Below, one piece after another: positions 1-9,800 of a stretch of 64,000 nucleotides of DNA. Every line of letters starts with the position of its first letter. Position 1 is the stretch's first letter. The stretch is from an uncultured bacterium (GTDB lineage Bacteria > CSSED10-310 > CAZUFC01), in NCBI GenBank assembly GCA_964619725.1, contig CAZUFC010000014.1, positions 40,641 to 104,640 of the forward strand. The letters run 5' to 3'. The notes beneath the pieces were generated by a model, which ran no database searches, was not told the origin of the DNA, and saw only the letters and a list, made by a program, of their open reading frames with translations. The position numbers and the translations under genes are program-made.

Positions 1-1128
1 AATGCCGAATTTTCTATGCCAGTCCGCGGCAGGCCCTATGCCGATTCTCGGATCGGTAATGGGTCTGTCGTCTCCGAATTTGAAACCATGGTCCGAACAG
101 AGCATCACTTTCCTTTTGCCGTCGTTTATGCTCAGCAGCTCACCCAATAACTCATCGTGATAAATATAATAATTTTCGATGGTTTCGCCGTATCGCCGAA
201 CCTCTTCTTCTGAAACTCCCTCCATAGCCGGAGGCCTGTAACGGGCGAAGAGATGACATATCGTATCCGTACCTTCGAAATACAAACAGAAAAACTGCGG
301 CGAATACTTCGCCAGCAGGTACCGGGCCATTTCATAATAAGTTATTGTGGATGAAAGAATGCCTTTAAAATCATCCACAGTCCTGAACAAACCCGGATCA
401 CGCATAGCGCCGGCATAAAAATCTTCCTCTTTCAGGTCCCAGAATCGTGTAGTATCCTTGTGTCTTATCCCCGCTCGCGAACTCTTGAAATTGCCCAGCT
501 CATCATACAGCAGCTCTGGAAAAACCTTACGCGATTCTTCCTCCTCTATCGTATCATAACGGAACAACTGATAAGCTACCCTGTCGGAAACCATCGCACC
601 CTTGACCCGCTCCGCAGGCCACGTTCCCCAGAATCCGACGAATATGGAACTCAGATCGCTCTCGGAAAGAATATTCCATAAAGCCGGCGCCTGACGAATG
701 TTCGACGTTATCGGTATCCGGTTGCCGCTGACTCGACTGGCTACCCAAAAATCAAGTATCCCGTGATGCTCCGGCGATACTCCCGTCGCCATACTCGTCC
801 ATACCACCGGTGATAATGCCGGTGGTATCGTTTTCAACAATCCCCAGCTTCCCTGGTTCTTCAGAGCATTGAAATGAGGCATCCGCCCCTGCTCCATCAA
901 GGGGTCCAACAAATTCCAGTCTGCAGCATCCCAGCCTATCCATAAAACCCCCTCAAAGCGCTGCAACATTGACCCCGACTGAAAAACCTCCGATCCTCCC
1001 CTTTCATCAATCTCGCTCTTTGCGTTTTCAAACTCCTCCAACACAAAAGGAGATAACTTGAAAACAGCGTAAGCTGCGGCAAAACCGAACAGGAATCCCA
1101 GTATTATGCCTTTTATACGAAAATTCAT
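1..1128 (-). CDS. Alkaline phosphatase superfamily / type I phosphodiesterase-nucleotide pyrophosphatase protein with an N-terminal membrane anchor; runs off the left edge
   Basis: Not in the ORF track. Hand translation from ATG 1128 gives MNFRIKGIILGFLFGFAAAY...WIGWDAADW...LSPVVWTSMATG...LYFEGTDTICH...CSDHGF...WHRKFG, the same motifs as its paralog at 11776-13122. Confidence 0.85.
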   Translation of the reverse strand, partial: MNFRIKGIILGFLFGFAAAYAVFKLSPFVLEEFENAKSEIDERGGSEVFQSGSMLQRFEGVLWIGWDAADWNLLDPLMEQGRMPHFNALKNQGSWGLLKTIPPALSPVVWTSMATGVSPEHHGILDFWVASRVSGNRIPITSNIRQAPALWNILSESDLSSIFVGFWGTWPAERVKGAMVSDRVAYQLFRYDTIEEEESRKVFPELLYDELGNFKSSRAGIRHKDTTRFWDLKEEDFYAGAMRDPGLFRTVDDFKGILSSTITYYEMARYLLAKYSPQFFCLYFEGTDTICHLFARYRPPAMEGVSEEEVRRYGETIENYYIYHDELLGELLSINDGKRKVMLCSDHGFKFGDDRPITDPRIGIGPAADWHRKFGI

Positions 1129-1231
1129 CTATCCGTCCGGATTCCTCTCCTTTCCCACATCATCTCTTTTTTGATTTTTATTTCTCCTTATCAAAATTCA
1201 GCGCCTCTATCTTTCGTTCTATTCCGCCTCT

Positions 1232-1975
1232 TTAACTGGCCTCATCCTTCTTCACCGCTTCGTCTTTCCTAACCGCCTCGTCCTTCTTTACCGCTTCATC
1301 CTTCTTTACCGCTTCATCCTTCTTTACCGCCTCATCCTTCTTCACTAACTCATCTTTTTGAATAACTTCTATTTTGACAAGTCTGGCTATCCTTTCGTGG
1401 CGCCTGCGTTCCATACCCTCGCTCCCGGACTTCCTTCCTCTTTCCTGCCAGCCTTTTCCTGCTCCGTAACGCGCGCCGGACCGGAATGATATCAGCCCCC
1501 TGGGATGAACTCTGATCATATATTCAGCATCATCGGCCATAACTTCTTTGTGAGACAAGGCAATGCTCCGTTCGCGAATTCCATGCAGAGTTATTTCTTT
1601 AAATTCTTTAATTTCCAATAATTCCAGCATTTTTTGCAATTCAAGTTCCCTGCCGAACCGGCGCCTTCTTCTGACAGGCTCCTTATCAGTATCCTTTTCT
1701 TCCTCTTGCGGTACGCTTTTTTCCACCAGATCAGCGAATTCTTCATGAGTGAATTTTTTAAATAGATTGCCATCAATGAAAACTTCCAGCGGTTCATCCA
1801 TCATTTTACTGTGTTTGAACATTCTTTCCCGCTTCATTTTTTTGCCGCCCTGCTTTTCCTGGATTTCAGTCTGCTCCGCTTCCTCTTCCGCGCAGTAGAG
1901 TATGGGAGAGGACATAAAGGCAATGATTGTCAAAGCCGTAGCTGCGACGGCCAGAATATTGAAAACCTTTTTCAT
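1232..1975 (-). CDS. Hypothetical exported, highly charged protein with a C-terminal KKDEAV repeat
   Basis: 247-aa ORF with an N-terminal signal-like segment; SD AGGAGG upstream. Confidence 0.75.
   Translation of the reverse strand: MKKVFNILAVAATALTIIAFMSSPILYCAEEEAEQTEIQEKQGGKKMKRERMFKHSKMMDEPLEVFIDGNLFKKFTHEEFADLVEKSVPQEEEKDTDKEPVRRRRRFGRELELQKMLELLEIKEFKEITLHGIRERSIALSHKEVMADDAEYMIRVHPRGLISFRSGARYGAGKGWQERGRKSGSEGMERRRHERIARLVKIEVIQKDELVKKDEAVKKDEAVKKDEAVKKDEAVRKDEAVKKDEAS
1238..1360 (-). repeat. 18-bp coding tandem repeat, about 7 copies of [KRQ]KDE[AL]V
   Basis: Protein ends QKDELVKKDEAVKKDEAVKKDEAVKKDEAVRKDEAVKKDEAS; DNA unit ccgcttcatccttcttta with synonymous variation. Confidence 0.9.
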
Positions 1976-2217
1976 AATGTTTTTCCTCCTGCGATAAAGG
2001 CAGATTTAATCATCGAACCGTATAAAAAATTGATGTATCAAGTGAATTTTTATCCTCCTGGCGAGGCCGTATCTCCTCCAGCCGCTCAAAAAGTTATAAA
2101 GCGGATAAGCGAAAATGTCAAGATTGGAAGGATATTTCCAATGCCAAAAGTTTTATCGGGTCGATGAATGCTGCAATTTTGAAGAAACTTTCCGGATGAC
2201 GGCATCAAATATGAAAG

Positions 2218-3060
2218 TCAATCGACGTAGGTATGATATCCTTGAAACCAAGGCAGGTAATTAACTCCAAGAAAGGTAATGAGAACGGCAATGAATCCGA
2301 TGATTGCGAGGAGAGCCATTGTTTTTCCTTTGCGCTTTTTAGTCCACCCGGTATGCAGGTAAGCGGCATAGATAAGCCAGGTGATGAGGGACCAGGTTTC
2401 TTTGGGGTCCCAGCCCCAATATCTTCCCCAGGTTCTGTTTGCCCAGGCAGCGCCAGTGACGATCCCTATGGTCAGCATGATAAAACCGAGAAAAACGGCC
2501 CTGAGTGAGATATAATGTAATTTTTGAAGGTCCGGGAGCCTGGAAGCGAAGCCGGAGAATCGCTGTTCTGTTTTCATTCTCAAGAGGTAAAGGATGCTGG
2601 TCGTCATAGCTACAGCGAATCCGGCGTAACCCAGGAAGCAGCTCAGAACGTGAATATGAAGCCAGCGGCTCTGAAGAGCGGGCATCAGCGGAGTTATTTC
2701 ATCGGTAACTCCCGGTATAAGCTGAACCAGGAGGATGGACAGCCAACTGAGAGGAATGATGAAGGCGCCGAGGGCTTTCGTTTCGTATCTTCGCTCGTAA
2801 AGGAGGTAGACCAGCAGAAGGCACCAGGAGAAAAATACCGTCACTTCGTAAGTAGTAACGAGCGGCACATGACCTGTACCCAGAGCGTATGATTCAAGCC
2901 AGCGAAATCCGAAGGCAAGAGTTTCCGCTATGAATCCGACAAGAGCTGTGAGTGAAGCGGATTTTCCCCATTTAGGCCCTGCAGTGAGGAAAAAGACAAG
3001 GTAAAGATTACCTGATGCAAATAACAAAAGAATAGCGACTTCGAATAATAATTTGCTCAT
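2218..3060 (-). CDS. ccsA: Cytochrome c biogenesis system II heme-handling protein CcsA/ResC
   Basis: WWD motif WGRYWGWDPKETW, LQSRWLHIHV, multiple TM helices, C-terminal His. Confidence 0.95.
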   Translation of the reverse strand: MSKLLFEVAILLLFASGNLYLVFFLTAGPKWGKSASLTALVGFIAETLAFGFRWLESYALGTGHVPLVTTYEVTVFFSWCLLLVYLLYERRYETKALGAFIIPLSWLSILLVQLIPGVTDEITPLMPALQSRWLHIHVLSCFLGYAGFAVAMTTSILYLLRMKTEQRFSGFASRLPDLQKLHYISLRAVFLGFIMLTIGIVTGAAWANRTWGRYWGWDPKETWSLITWLIYAAYLHTGWTKKRKGKTMALLAIIGFIAVLITFLGVNYLPWFQGYHTYVD

Positions 3061-4475
3061 GCTCGTTTCCTGGGCTGATCCTGTAAAACCGACTTCAATT
3101 CACTCTTGAAATTGACGTAAAAAGTTTCCGCAGAATGACTGCGGCGACCGCTTTTTGCTGAAAACATAACCGAACCGGGAGTTTGTATCAACCAAAGTCG
3201 AATGTGAGGAACAGCGAAAAATATTACTAATCCGGCAATGAGGGTAAAACAGCCGCCCCATACGATCCACACGCCCGGATTCTTCGAAACCTGGATTCCC
3301 GTAAAGTAGATGCTTTCAGCATTAGATGTATCCAGGCCGAACTTGATTCTCGGAAGGACATCGCCATGAAAGTCGTGTTTTTCAAAGACCCAAGTTTCGA
3401 CCGCTTCGCCGTTTTGGATCAGCAGATGAGCGGCCGGATTCTCGAATTCTTCCGACTGGTTGATGAAGGCACGATCGTCGCCTACTACAAGATGCGAAAA
3501 AAGCTTCACAACGTATATCGACAAAGCGCCGTCTGAAGTCTGCAGCGAAAATTCCTCGCCCTCTCGCATTTCTTCTCTTAAGATTTCTTCACCTGATTCT
3601 GACTTTACGGCGGTCAGTATAAAATCTTTAAATTTAATACCGTATTCCGCCTGAAAAAAACGGAAGCCTTCATAATCGAGAGGCTGATTGACTTTGATCA
3701 GGGCTTTTTTCAGGGTATTGCCGTCTTTTGTAATTCTGAGCTCGCTCTTATATTGCTTAACGGAATCCCCGGCGTATTTTTCTATTTCAAACGAATCGCA
3801 ATGAACGGTGAATCCGAATTTTCGCGGGACTCCGTTTTTCATAAAAAAAATATCGGTTTTTTCGCCGACGGGAAGCCGGAACGAACCTGAGACTCCGGTT
3901 ATGCCGGATATCACGGCCCCCAGGAGGATAATCAGGAACCCCAGGTGAACGAGATAAAACGCATAGGCGGAATAACGCGCTTTTTCCCCGAGAAGAGCCC
4001 TGCGCTGTGCAACGGGGTCGTTGTATTCGGTCAATTTTACGCGTTTTTCACTCAGGAGCGCCTTGATGGAATCGAAAGCCAGTCCGGGGTCTTCGGGGGA
4101 AAGAGAGCAGAAAAACCTCTGCCTGGAAATTTGATCGTCAGCCGTTATTTCCCCTGGTTCGGCGAGCCTTTTTGCGACGCTTTTGCCGGCTCGGACCGTA
4201 CAAACGGACAGGTTGAGCGTCAGCGCCAGGACCAGCGCGATAAAGAGAGGAGAATGATACACGTCGAGGAGTCCGAAACGGTTCAGCCATTTGAAAACTT
4301 CTTCGCTGTAAACCTGCCTTATGGATTCGGCATCATAGACGGGTTCCTGCAAAATGACCGTCCCCGGTACGCTTGCGACAGCGAGAAGTATCAGCAGAAC
4401 GACGGTAGTGTAAGTAGAGCTGAAAATACGAACCGTTTTTTTTATGAGAAATTTCAATCTAGAACCCGTCGACAA
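3057..4475 (-). CDS. resB: Cytochrome c biogenesis protein ResB/CcsB
   Basis: GTVILQ, DVYHSPLF, YLVHLG, IKVNQPL, NPGVWIVWGG motifs; 4-bp overlap with ccsA. Confidence 0.9.
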   Translation of the reverse strand: MSTGSRLKFLIKKTVRIFSSTYTTVVLLILLAVASVPGTVILQEPVYDAESIRQVYSEEVFKWLNRFGLLDVYHSPLFIALVLALTLNLSVCTVRAGKSVAKRLAEPGEITADDQISRQRFFCSLSPEDPGLAFDSIKALLSEKRVKLTEYNDPVAQRRALLGEKARYSAYAFYLVHLGFLIILLGAVISGITGVSGSFRLPVGEKTDIFFMKNGVPRKFGFTVHCDSFEIEKYAGDSVKQYKSELRITKDGNTLKKALIKVNQPLDYEGFRFFQAEYGIKFKDFILTAVKSESGEEILREEMREGEEFSLQTSDGALSIYVVKLFSHLVVGDDRAFINQSEEFENPAAHLLIQNGEAVETWVFEKHDFHGDVLPRIKFGLDTSNAESIYFTGIQVSKNPGVWIVWGGCFTLIAGLVIFFAVPHIRLWLIQTPGSVMFSAKSGRRSHSAETFYVNFKSELKSVLQDQPRKRA

Positions 4476-4481
4476 GCCATT

Positions 4482-6590
4482 TCAGTTTTCTATATCGCTG
4501 GGGTCCGCATTCATCGCATCCTTGCGGGAGAGCGATATCTTGCCCTGACGATCGACGCCCAGAACTTTCACTACAATCTCATCACCTTCCGTCACAACGT
4601 CCGTGACTCTCTCCACTCGCTCATGCTTCAATTCCGATATATGAACGAGCCCTTCATAATCAGCGAAAATCTCCACAAAAGCCCCGAAATTTTTAACGGA
4701 TTTGACCGTACCACGGTATATTTTACCGACCTCAGGTTCAGCCGTCAGATATCTCACCCGTTTTTTCGCTTCCTCCATATCGGACTCGTTTTTAGCGTAT
4801 ATTCTGACTACGCCCTCATCCGTCACCTCAATATCCGTTTCCGTTACCGCCTGTATTTCCTGTATCGTCTTACCGCCGGGTCCTATCAAACTGCCGATCC
4901 GTGATTCCCTGATTCTTACCTGAGCCACTCTGGGGGCATGGCTGGACAACGATTCTCTCGGTTTTGAAATGGTTTTAGCCATCTCCGCCAAAATATGCAG
5001 ACGCGCCTCTCGCGCCTGCTCCAGCGCCTTCTTAAGAATCTCAGCCGGCAGCGCTCCGATTTTATTATCCATCTGGACTGCGGTTATTCCGTCAGCCGTG
5101 CCGCACACCTTAAAATCCATGTCGCCCAGATGGTCTTCATCTCCCAGAATATCAGTCAATATAACGGTTTTTTCACCTTCTCTGATCAGCCCCATAGCCA
5201 CGCCTGCAGCGGGTTTCTTTATGGGAACGCCGGCATCCATTGCAGCCAGCGAACAGCCGCAAACAGTCGCCATGGATGATGAACCGTTCGATTCGGCGAT
5301 ATCGGATACTATTCTGACGGTGTAAGGAAAATCATCCTCACCCGGCATCAGCTTTTCCACGGCCCTGGTCGCCAGGTTCCCATGCCCTATTTCACGACGT
5401 CCCGCGCCTCTCAAGGGCCTGACTTCGCCCACCGAATAAGGCGGAAAATTATAGTGCAAATAAAAACGATGCCCTTCTTCTCCAAACAGGGTATCTTCCC
5501 TCTGTTCATCACGGGTCGCGCCCAAAGTGCAACTGACAAGCGCCTGAGTTTCCCCGCGAGTAAAAACCGCGGAACCGTGAGCTCCCGGAAGCCAGCCTAC
5601 TTCCGTTTCAATGGGCCGGACCGTCTCGGCGTTTCTGCCGTCTATTCTTGTTCCTTCATCGGTTATCATTTTACGGATCATGTCATGTTTCATCTTTGAA
5701 AAAATATCGCTTATCTTTTTTTCATCGCCGGCATCCCCCTCTTCCGTTAACAAATGCTCCACTATCTCTTTAAACAAATTGTCCAGCGCCAGGTACCGCT
5801 CCTTTTTCACAGGCTCTGTCACGGCTTCTCGAAGTCTGCTTTCGGCAAATTCCTTCACCCTCTTTTCAAGCTCTTCATCCCACCGCGCCCGTGTCCATTC
5901 TCTCTTTTCACAGCTCGCTTTGCCGCGCCATTCGTCCAGCCGCTTTATCGCCGGCGCCGCCGCTTCTTCAGCAGCTTGAAGAACATCCGCAAAATCCTCT
6001 TCGGAAACCTCGTCAGCCTCGCCTTCAACCATTATCATTCCGTCCGGACCCACGGAAATGACTATATCGATTAAAGCCCCTTCTCTTTGCGAACGCGCAG
6101 GATTTACGATCAACTCCTCATCGGGAGTTTTTATCACGCGCATTCCTATCACGGGTCCGGCCCACGGTATATCGGACAAATGTAAAGCCGCGGCAGCTCC
6201 ATTCAAAGCGCAAATGTCGGGATCAACTTCAGCATCCGAACTCAACACCGTAGCGATTACCTGCGTATCCTGAAGATAATCCTCCGGAAACAGAGGCCTG
6301 ATCGACCTGTCTATGATCCGGCACGTCAGTACCTCATGATCGGACGCCCGGCCCTCCCGTTTGATGTATCCCCCGGGAATTTTGCCCGCTGCAGCCGCCT
6401 TTTCCCGGTATTCCACGGTCAAAGGAAAAAAATTCATCCCCTCCTTTACATCCTTCCTGGAAGATACTGCTGTCACCAGAATAACCGACTCGCCCGCCTT
6501 TACCACGACCGACCCGTCCGCCTGTCTGGCGATGCGGCCTGTCTCCATTACGTATTCTGCACTTCCAATCTTTATCGTCTCCTGCATCAT
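4482..6590 (-). CDS. pnp: Polyribonucleotide nucleotidyltransferase (PNPase)
   Basis: FFPLTVEYRE, FTRGETQAL, RREIGHG, SNGSSSMA, DHLGDMDFKV, KH and S1 domains. Start moved to 6590 because of the SD GAAGGAG and a promoter -10 abutting ATG 6629. Confidence 0.97.
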   Translation of the reverse strand: MMQETIKIGSAEYVMETGRIARQADGSVVVKAGESVILVTAVSSRKDVKEGMNFFPLTVEYREKAAAAGKIPGGYIKREGRASDHEVLTCRIIDRSIRPLFPEDYLQDTQVIATVLSSDAEVDPDICALNGAAAALHLSDIPWAGPVIGMRVIKTPDEELIVNPARSQREGALIDIVISVGPDGMIMVEGEADEVSEEDFADVLQAAEEAAAPAIKRLDEWRGKASCEKREWTRARWDEELEKRVKEFAESRLREAVTEPVKKERYLALDNLFKEIVEHLLTEEGDAGDEKKISDIFSKMKHDMIRKMITDEGTRIDGRNAETVRPIETEVGWLPGAHGSAVFTRGETQALVSCTLGATRDEQREDTLFGEEGHRFYLHYNFPPYSVGEVRPLRGAGRREIGHGNLATRAVEKLMPGEDDFPYTVRIVSDIAESNGSSSMATVCGCSLAAMDAGVPIKKPAAGVAMGLIREGEKTVILTDILGDEDHLGDMDFKVCGTADGITAVQMDNKIGALPAEILKKALEQAREARLHILAEMAKTISKPRESLSSHAPRVAQVRIRESRIGSLIGPGGKTIQEIQAVTETDIEVTDEGVVRIYAKNESDMEEAKKRVRYLTAEPEVGKIYRGTVKSVKNFGAFVEIFADYEGLVHISELKHERVERVTDVVTEGDEIVVKVLGVDRQGKISLSRKDAMNADPSDIEN

Positions 6591-6630
6591 TTTCCGTCGC
6601 TCCTTCGCAAAAGTTGAATCAAACGTCATG

Positions 6631-6659
6631 ATACTAATGGACTGATATGAAGTTGTCGA
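6631..6659 (-). promoter_or_regulatory. Sigma70-like promoter of pnp
   Basis: TCGACA-17 nt-TAGTAT on the minus strand. Confidence 0.5.
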
Positions 6660-6769
6660 GTTTTTTTACGAATGAAAACATTTTTATCGAGCTGACAGAA
6701 GAGCGCCGAATAAAAAGTAATCAAAACAACTTCTGGATTGATCAATACTCCATGCACGGAATTCTGCAT

Positions 6770-6804
6770 AAAAAAAGCTCCCGCTCTTGCGAGCGGAAGC
6801 TTTT
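6770..6804 (-). terminator. Intrinsic (probably bidirectional) terminator after the 1483-aa gene
   Basis: AAAAAAAGCTCCCGCTC-TTGC-GAGCGGAAGCTTTT hairpin flanked by A and T tracts. Confidence 0.8.
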
Positions 6805-6825
6805 AAAGGCTTATAAGGTTTTTAA

Positions 6826-9800
6826 TCAGCGATTTTTGCGGTATGAACGTCTCAGGACGAATCCGAGACCGCCGAGAAGCATTATGATGCCAAGCGGCGT
6901 CGTCGCAGGAATCGACACGCCTTCACAACTTACGTTCAGAATACCCATACCGGTACTGGAACTGTAGCCGCCGACTTCGATCAGATAAGTCTGACCTACA
7001 TCAGCCACAAAAGTAACCTGAGATTGCAACTCTCCGCCAAAGTCATCATTACTCGCTATTATCTCCCCGACAGGATCGCACGTGCAACCTTCGTAAACGG
7101 CCAGTTTCGTGTCGTACATACTTCCCAGGAGACTCACTGTGGCAAGTACCGAATCTCCGGAACAGGTCGGCGTGTAGCAGTACCAGACATTGGGACTGGT
7201 AATGTAATCGCCCGGTCCGTCTGCAGTAGCGCACATCGTGTTGAAGGGCATATCGACCACCTCATTAATGGCCGTGGCATTGGCGCAATCGTCGTTTGCA
7301 GGCAATTCGTCGATGGAGAAAATAAAGTCGTTGATGCAGTCAGGCGACGGCCAGGTGTCGATCATTACGTAATAGGTTCCTGCGGTGAAGCTGTAGTCGA
7401 ATCCGACATTGCTTCCAGTACTTGTGTTGTAATCCAGGCACGGATCAGCCGGCGGACATTCGTCATCTATCGCCATTCCGATCCAGGAAGCGTCTGTAAT
7501 CAGCGAAAGGCACGCTGACACGTCTTCCGTCACGGTGATCTGATAAATGATGTCTTCGCCGCCGTCATAACTGCCCAGACAGGTTTCAGAATAATCGTTC
7601 ACGCGTCCGCATGTGGTATTCTGGTTCGCAAAGGGCATCTCAGCCGGTATGGTCACAGGGAAAGGATCGGTACAGTCATCGCCGCCCATGAAGGGACAGG
7701 TGTATTCGGGGCATGTTTCGCCTTCGAACCACCATCCGTTCATCGCATCGCATTCAGGTTGCGTATTGGTTTCAACGCATACCGAGTCTACGCAGCATGC
7801 TCCTGTTGGCGGAGCGGTGCATTCAAGCGAGAATGCGTATTCCCAAGGACCCAGGGCACATGGATAGCCTTCAAACACGGTGGGGGCGATGAAGAACCAG
7901 TGCGTGCCGGCTCCCAGGTCGACCTCAACGCTGATCTCTTCACAAGGCTCTCCTGTAGCGTAAGGGTCCAAGCTCCCCAACAGATAGGCGCAATCGCCGG
8001 CGCCCGGCGGGTCTGTCGGAACGTACCCGATTATCACGTCGAATTCGGCTTCGGCCGTCATGGTTACCGTGTAAGGTTCCGTCAACACCAGTTCATACCA
8101 GTCGGTGTCTCTGGTCGAGTCCTCAGCCCAAGCGTTGCCGCAGTAAATGTCTCCGCATTGAATCGAGGTGAATACGGGCGGCGTCGAGTTACAGCCGCCG
8201 TTGGTGTCCTCACCGCAAGCTTCGCCTTCATCCAGTCCGCCCATCGGGCAAGGCACTACACAGGGTATGCATTCTGCAATGGTTAAGTCGAATTCCGGGA
8301 TGCAATCAGGAGAAGGGTATGTATCGATCATCAGGTAGTAGGTTCCGGCTGTGAAGTTCATGCAATCGCTGGAGTAAGGATCGCTGAGGTAGCTGTTATT
8401 CTCATTAATGATGCATTCAGTATCCGGCGGACAACTGTCGTCGACAGCGAAACCGGTCCAGGTCGTTCCCAACGGGTCTAATGAGAACTGTAAATAAGTG
8501 TCTGCAGTCACGTTCAGCATGTAAATGATGTCTTCGCCGCCGTCGTATGAGCCCAGACAGGTTTCTTCGTAATCATTCAACCGGCCGCAGGTGAAATTAG
8601 TATCCATGTAATCCAAGTCTGCAGGAATATTCACCATTATCGGGGTCGCACAATCATTTCCCGAAGGATCGGGGCACTGGAATTCCGGGCATGTTTCGCC
8701 TTCAAACCACATTCCGTCCAGGGCATCGCATTCGAATTCAAAGTTGGTCGCCGTGCAAACCTGATCAACGCAGCAGGCGCCCAGGGCCGGTTCGCAATTC
8801 GGCGGGTCCTGACAAGCCGTTGCGTCATCAGAAACGTCTAACTGAAAGACCCCGTATGACGAAGAGCTGAAACCGCCGACAGTGATGTAGTAAGTTTCGC
8901 CCAAATCAGAGCAGAACGAATAAGTGGAGAGCAATGAATCATAATCAACGCAGTCGTCATCGTTGCCGCCCACGCAGATCAGGTAGTCGCAGGAATAGCA
9001 GAATACGCTGATCTTGCTGTCGAATTCCGACACATCGTTGCACGTGGTCACCGTTATGGTATTTCCTGTGCCCGTAACCGTATACCAGACGTTCTTGTAA
9101 GGTCCGGAATACACTCCGCAAGGTTCCGCTATATCGTCCGTGGCCCAGGTGTTGTCGCCGCTCACCGAAGCAGGAAGCGTTCCCACGTCGATAGCGCCGT
9201 CGCAGTCGTCATTGGGCGGAGGCGGTTGCGGACAGGGATTCGGATCGCAGACTTCGCCGGGCAACCAGTTGCCGGGTCCGTAAAGTCCGTCGCAAGTCGC
9301 TATGTCCGTAACCGAACATTCGCCGGTGGAAGGATTACAGCAGGCGCCGTCCGTTATGGTCTCACACGTCAACGAAGCCTTGTAATCCCAGGGACCGTCC
9401 GCACAGGCGTATCCATCGTATACCGAAGGAGCGACAAAGAACCAGTAAGTTCCCGGCATAACGTCGACTTCTACGAATATTTCTTCACAGGGCTCGCCGA
9501 GAGTATAAGGATTGAGATATCCCGTCGAATCAGCGCAGTCGCCGCTGCCCGGAGGATCGGTTTCTATCATACCGATGACCACGGGAAGTTCGGCTTCCGC
9601 CGTCCATGTGAATGAGGTCGGCTCCGTCACTACTACTTCATACCAGTCCGTATCACGCGTTCCTTCACTCGCATAAGATTTCCCGCAGTATAAATTGCCG
9701 CATTGCAGGCTCGTGAACACCGGCGGTGAGGCATTGCAGCCGCCGTTAGTGTCGTCGCCGCAAGGTTCGCCTTCCTGAATGCCGCCGATCGGACAATTGA

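Noticed and set aside
3945-4904. 319-aa plus-strand ORF and the many other short antisense ORFs in the track
   Set aside because: They lie opposite or within well-supported genes and show no motifs
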